Source: Cetorhinus maximus (Eukaryota). From it: DNA of 64,000 nucleotides. Under the pieces are notes generated by a model that was not told where the DNA came from, searched no databases, and worked only from the letters and a program-made list of their open reading frames with translations. The translations under genes and the position numbers were made by a program. The DNA lies in NCBI RefSeq assembly GCF_964194155.1, contig NC_135917.1:10230001-10294000 (forward strand), given 5' to 3'. How positions within the stretch are numbered: the stretch's first letter is position 1; each line of letters begins with the position of its first letter. Shown here one piece after another: positions 61,560-64,000 of the stretch.

Positions 61560-62960
61560 AGATCCCACAAAAAACCTCCTTATATGGCACCTTTAACAGA
61601 ACATCCCAAGGTGCTTCACAGGGGCATTATAAAACAAAATATGACACCCAACTTATATGGTGATACTAAGCAAGATGACCCAAAAGCTTGGTCAAAGAGA
61701 TCGGAGTGTCTTCAAGGAGGAAAGTGAGGTGGAGAGGTGTAGGGAGGGGAATTCCAAAGCTTGGGGCCCAGGCAGCTGAAAGTATGGCCGCCAATGATGG
61801 AGCAATTAGAATCGGGGATGCTCAAGAGGCTGGAATTAGGGGAACGCAGAGATCTCGGAGATCTGTGGGACTGGAGGAAATTATGAAGATGGCGGGGGAG
61901 TGGCGAGATCATGGAGGGATTTGAAAATAATTTTAAAAATCAAGGCACTGCTTGACCAGGAACCCATGGAGTCAGTGTGCATGAGGCTGATAGGTGAATG
62001 GATTTGGTGTGAGTTAAGACCACAGGCAGAGTTTTGGATGAGCTCAAGTTTACGGAGGATAGAATGTGAGAGATCAGCCAGGAGCGCATTGGGACAGTCG
62101 AGTCTAGAGGTAATGAAGGCACGGATGAGGGTTTCAGCAGCAGATGAGCTGAGACAGGGGCAAAGTCACAAGAGGTGGAAATCGGCCATCTTGGTGATGG
62201 CGCAGGTATGTGGTTGAAGCCTCATTTCAGGGCCTAGCATGACAATAAGGTTGTGAACAGATTTGTTGTCAGTGGCTTCAGCCTTCCCAATATTTAATTG
62301 GTGGAAATTTCTGCTCATCCAGTACTGGGTGTCGGATAAGCAGTCTGATAATTTAGCACCAGTGGAGGAGTTGAGAGAGGTGGGGGTGAGGTCGAGCTGG
62401 GTGTCATCAACGTACATGTGAAAACTAACACTGTGCTTTCGGATGGTGTCACTGAGGGGCAGCATGTAGATGAGAAATAGGAGGGGGCCAAGGATAGATC
62501 CTTGGGGGGGACACCAGAGGTAATGGTGCAGGAGCAGGAAGAGAAGCCATTTCCAGTGATTCTCTGGCTCCGATTAGATGGATAAGAATGGAACCAGGTG
62601 AGAGCAGGTCCCACCCAGCTGGACGACAGTGGAGAGGTGTTGGAGGAGGATGGTGTGGTCAAACCGTGTCAAAGGCTGCAGACAGGTCGAGAAGGACGAG
62701 GAGGGAAAGTTTACCTTTGTCACATAGAATGACAATTGTGACTTTGCGAAGGGCTGTTTTAATGCCGTGACAGGGATAGAAACCTGATTGGAGGCATACA
62801 AGTGCGGAGCTGCAAGAAAGATGGGCACAGATTTGGGAAATGACAACACATTCAAGGACTTGGGAAGGAGGTTGAGAGTAGGACAGCACTTTTGCAAGAG
62901 GTCGAAGGTGGGGTTTTGAGGAGGGAGTGATATCAATTGTTCCTGAGGAGAGAGAACTCT
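61560..62960 (-). mobile_element. L2 LINE fragment with RT core, in an ACVR1B intron
   Basis: Encodes LVLLDLSAAFDTV, TSGVP and [24 protein letters not shown], followed by the L2-type 3' end (IGGHTFSCLGPKLWNS). Confidence 0.92.
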
Positions 62961-63492
62961 TAGCAATATTCCCTATCATGGTGGTGGCGGGACTGGGGGC
63001 TCCAGGAAGGGAAGTTGTACACACAGGGTGTCATTGGGACTTTACACTACACTACGGAGTCCAGCAGGGACTTCCTGCTCCCGCACCATTACCCCTGGTG
63101 TCTCCCAAGGATCTCATCCCCCTCCTATTTCTCATCGACATGCTGCCCCTCAACTAACAGTGTTAGTTTTCACATGTGGCTCAGTATCACATCTTGTCTG
63201 ATCACAAAAGGTGCTATACAAATGTAAGTTGTTGTTGTACTCCCGGGGCCCCACTCCCTTAATCTGATGGCGCGTTCACAAGGCCCCTACACCCATCCTG
63301 GGGTTTCAGCTGGTCACCAGGGTGACTATTCTGCCGCCAATACGAGGTTATCAGATTAAGCACGTAAACATCCAGAGCTGCCTCACAGAATTAAAATGGT
63401 GTCAGTATAAAACAGCAATGGGAGCTAGGCCTGAGACACATTTCCACACACGCACACACTTAACAGGGGAGGAATTCTCACCCTTGACTTAC

Positions 63493-63660
63493 CCTGAGTG
63501 CCCACGATCTCCATGTGCAGGTGTGCCAACCCACTGACAGCTGAGAGAGCCAGCTTGATCAGCCCTTCAATGGTGACTGTATACCTGTTCAGGTAGTCGA
63601 AGAGAGAGCCATGTTCGTGATAGTCAGACACTAACCATAGCTGTGTCCATGTTCCATTAT
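63493..63660 (-). CDS. ACVR1B: Activin receptor type-1B kinase-domain exon (equivalent to human exon 5)
   Basis: Translates to [57 protein letters not shown]. Acceptor is CTCCAG| and donor |GTAAGT. Length 168 bp, phase compatible with the next exon. Upstream exons lie beyond the right edge. Confidence 0.97.
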
Positions 63661-64000
63661 CTGGAGCGTGGGCAGGGGGAGAAAATGGAAAAAAAGGTCA
63701 AAATAAAAGCAATGGAACATTTCTGCTCTGCACAAACCTTCTCCCACCCAACTGCATATCCTTCTATTCCTTTCTCCCTCATGTACTTGGCCCTCAAAAG
63801 CTCCTCATCCAAACAAACAGTCAGCATGGTGTCTAATATACCTGGAAACCCAACTCTGCGCTCCTCGTGCACCCCCAATTTTGATCACTCCACCATTGGC
63901 AGCCTTGCCTTCAGCAGCTAAGGCCCTAAAGCTCTAGAATTCCCTCGCTAAACATCTCTCTTCCCCTTTTAAGACACTGCTTCAAACATACTTATTTGAG

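Overview
This is vertebrate genomic DNA, almost certainly from a cartilaginous fish (shark), inferred from its repeat families; it is not prokaryotic. Two genes lie on the minus strand in the same order as at human 12q13. One is the last five coding exons of ACVR1B/ALK4 (63660 to 52740) with a probable long 3'UTR. The other is the first coding exon of TAMALIN/GRASP (12882 to 12694), whose intron 1 appears to run off the left edge. The rest is mostly transposon debris: CR1, L2, Crack-like, L1/Tx1 and RTE LINE fragments, several SINE families, MITEs, a solo LTR and Penelope-like elements (PLEs). There is a 489-nt assembly gap. The most notable items are: (i) a 4.65-kb, 56-bp minisatellite built from the CR1 ORF2 C-terminus, about 0.5 kb upstream of the TAMALIN start codon; (ii) six minimal hammerhead-ribozyme motifs in two families, including a TSD-flanked tandem-plus-inverted mini-PLE of about 390 bp that resembles a retrozyme; (iii) a tRNA-Gly/CR1-tail chimera; (iv) an H3.3 retrocopy fragment; (v) a degenerate ITAM in TAMALIN. 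None is shown to be a new system. Family names come from recalled consensus motifs and were not confirmed by database search. Repeat boundaries are approximate unless a TSD is given.
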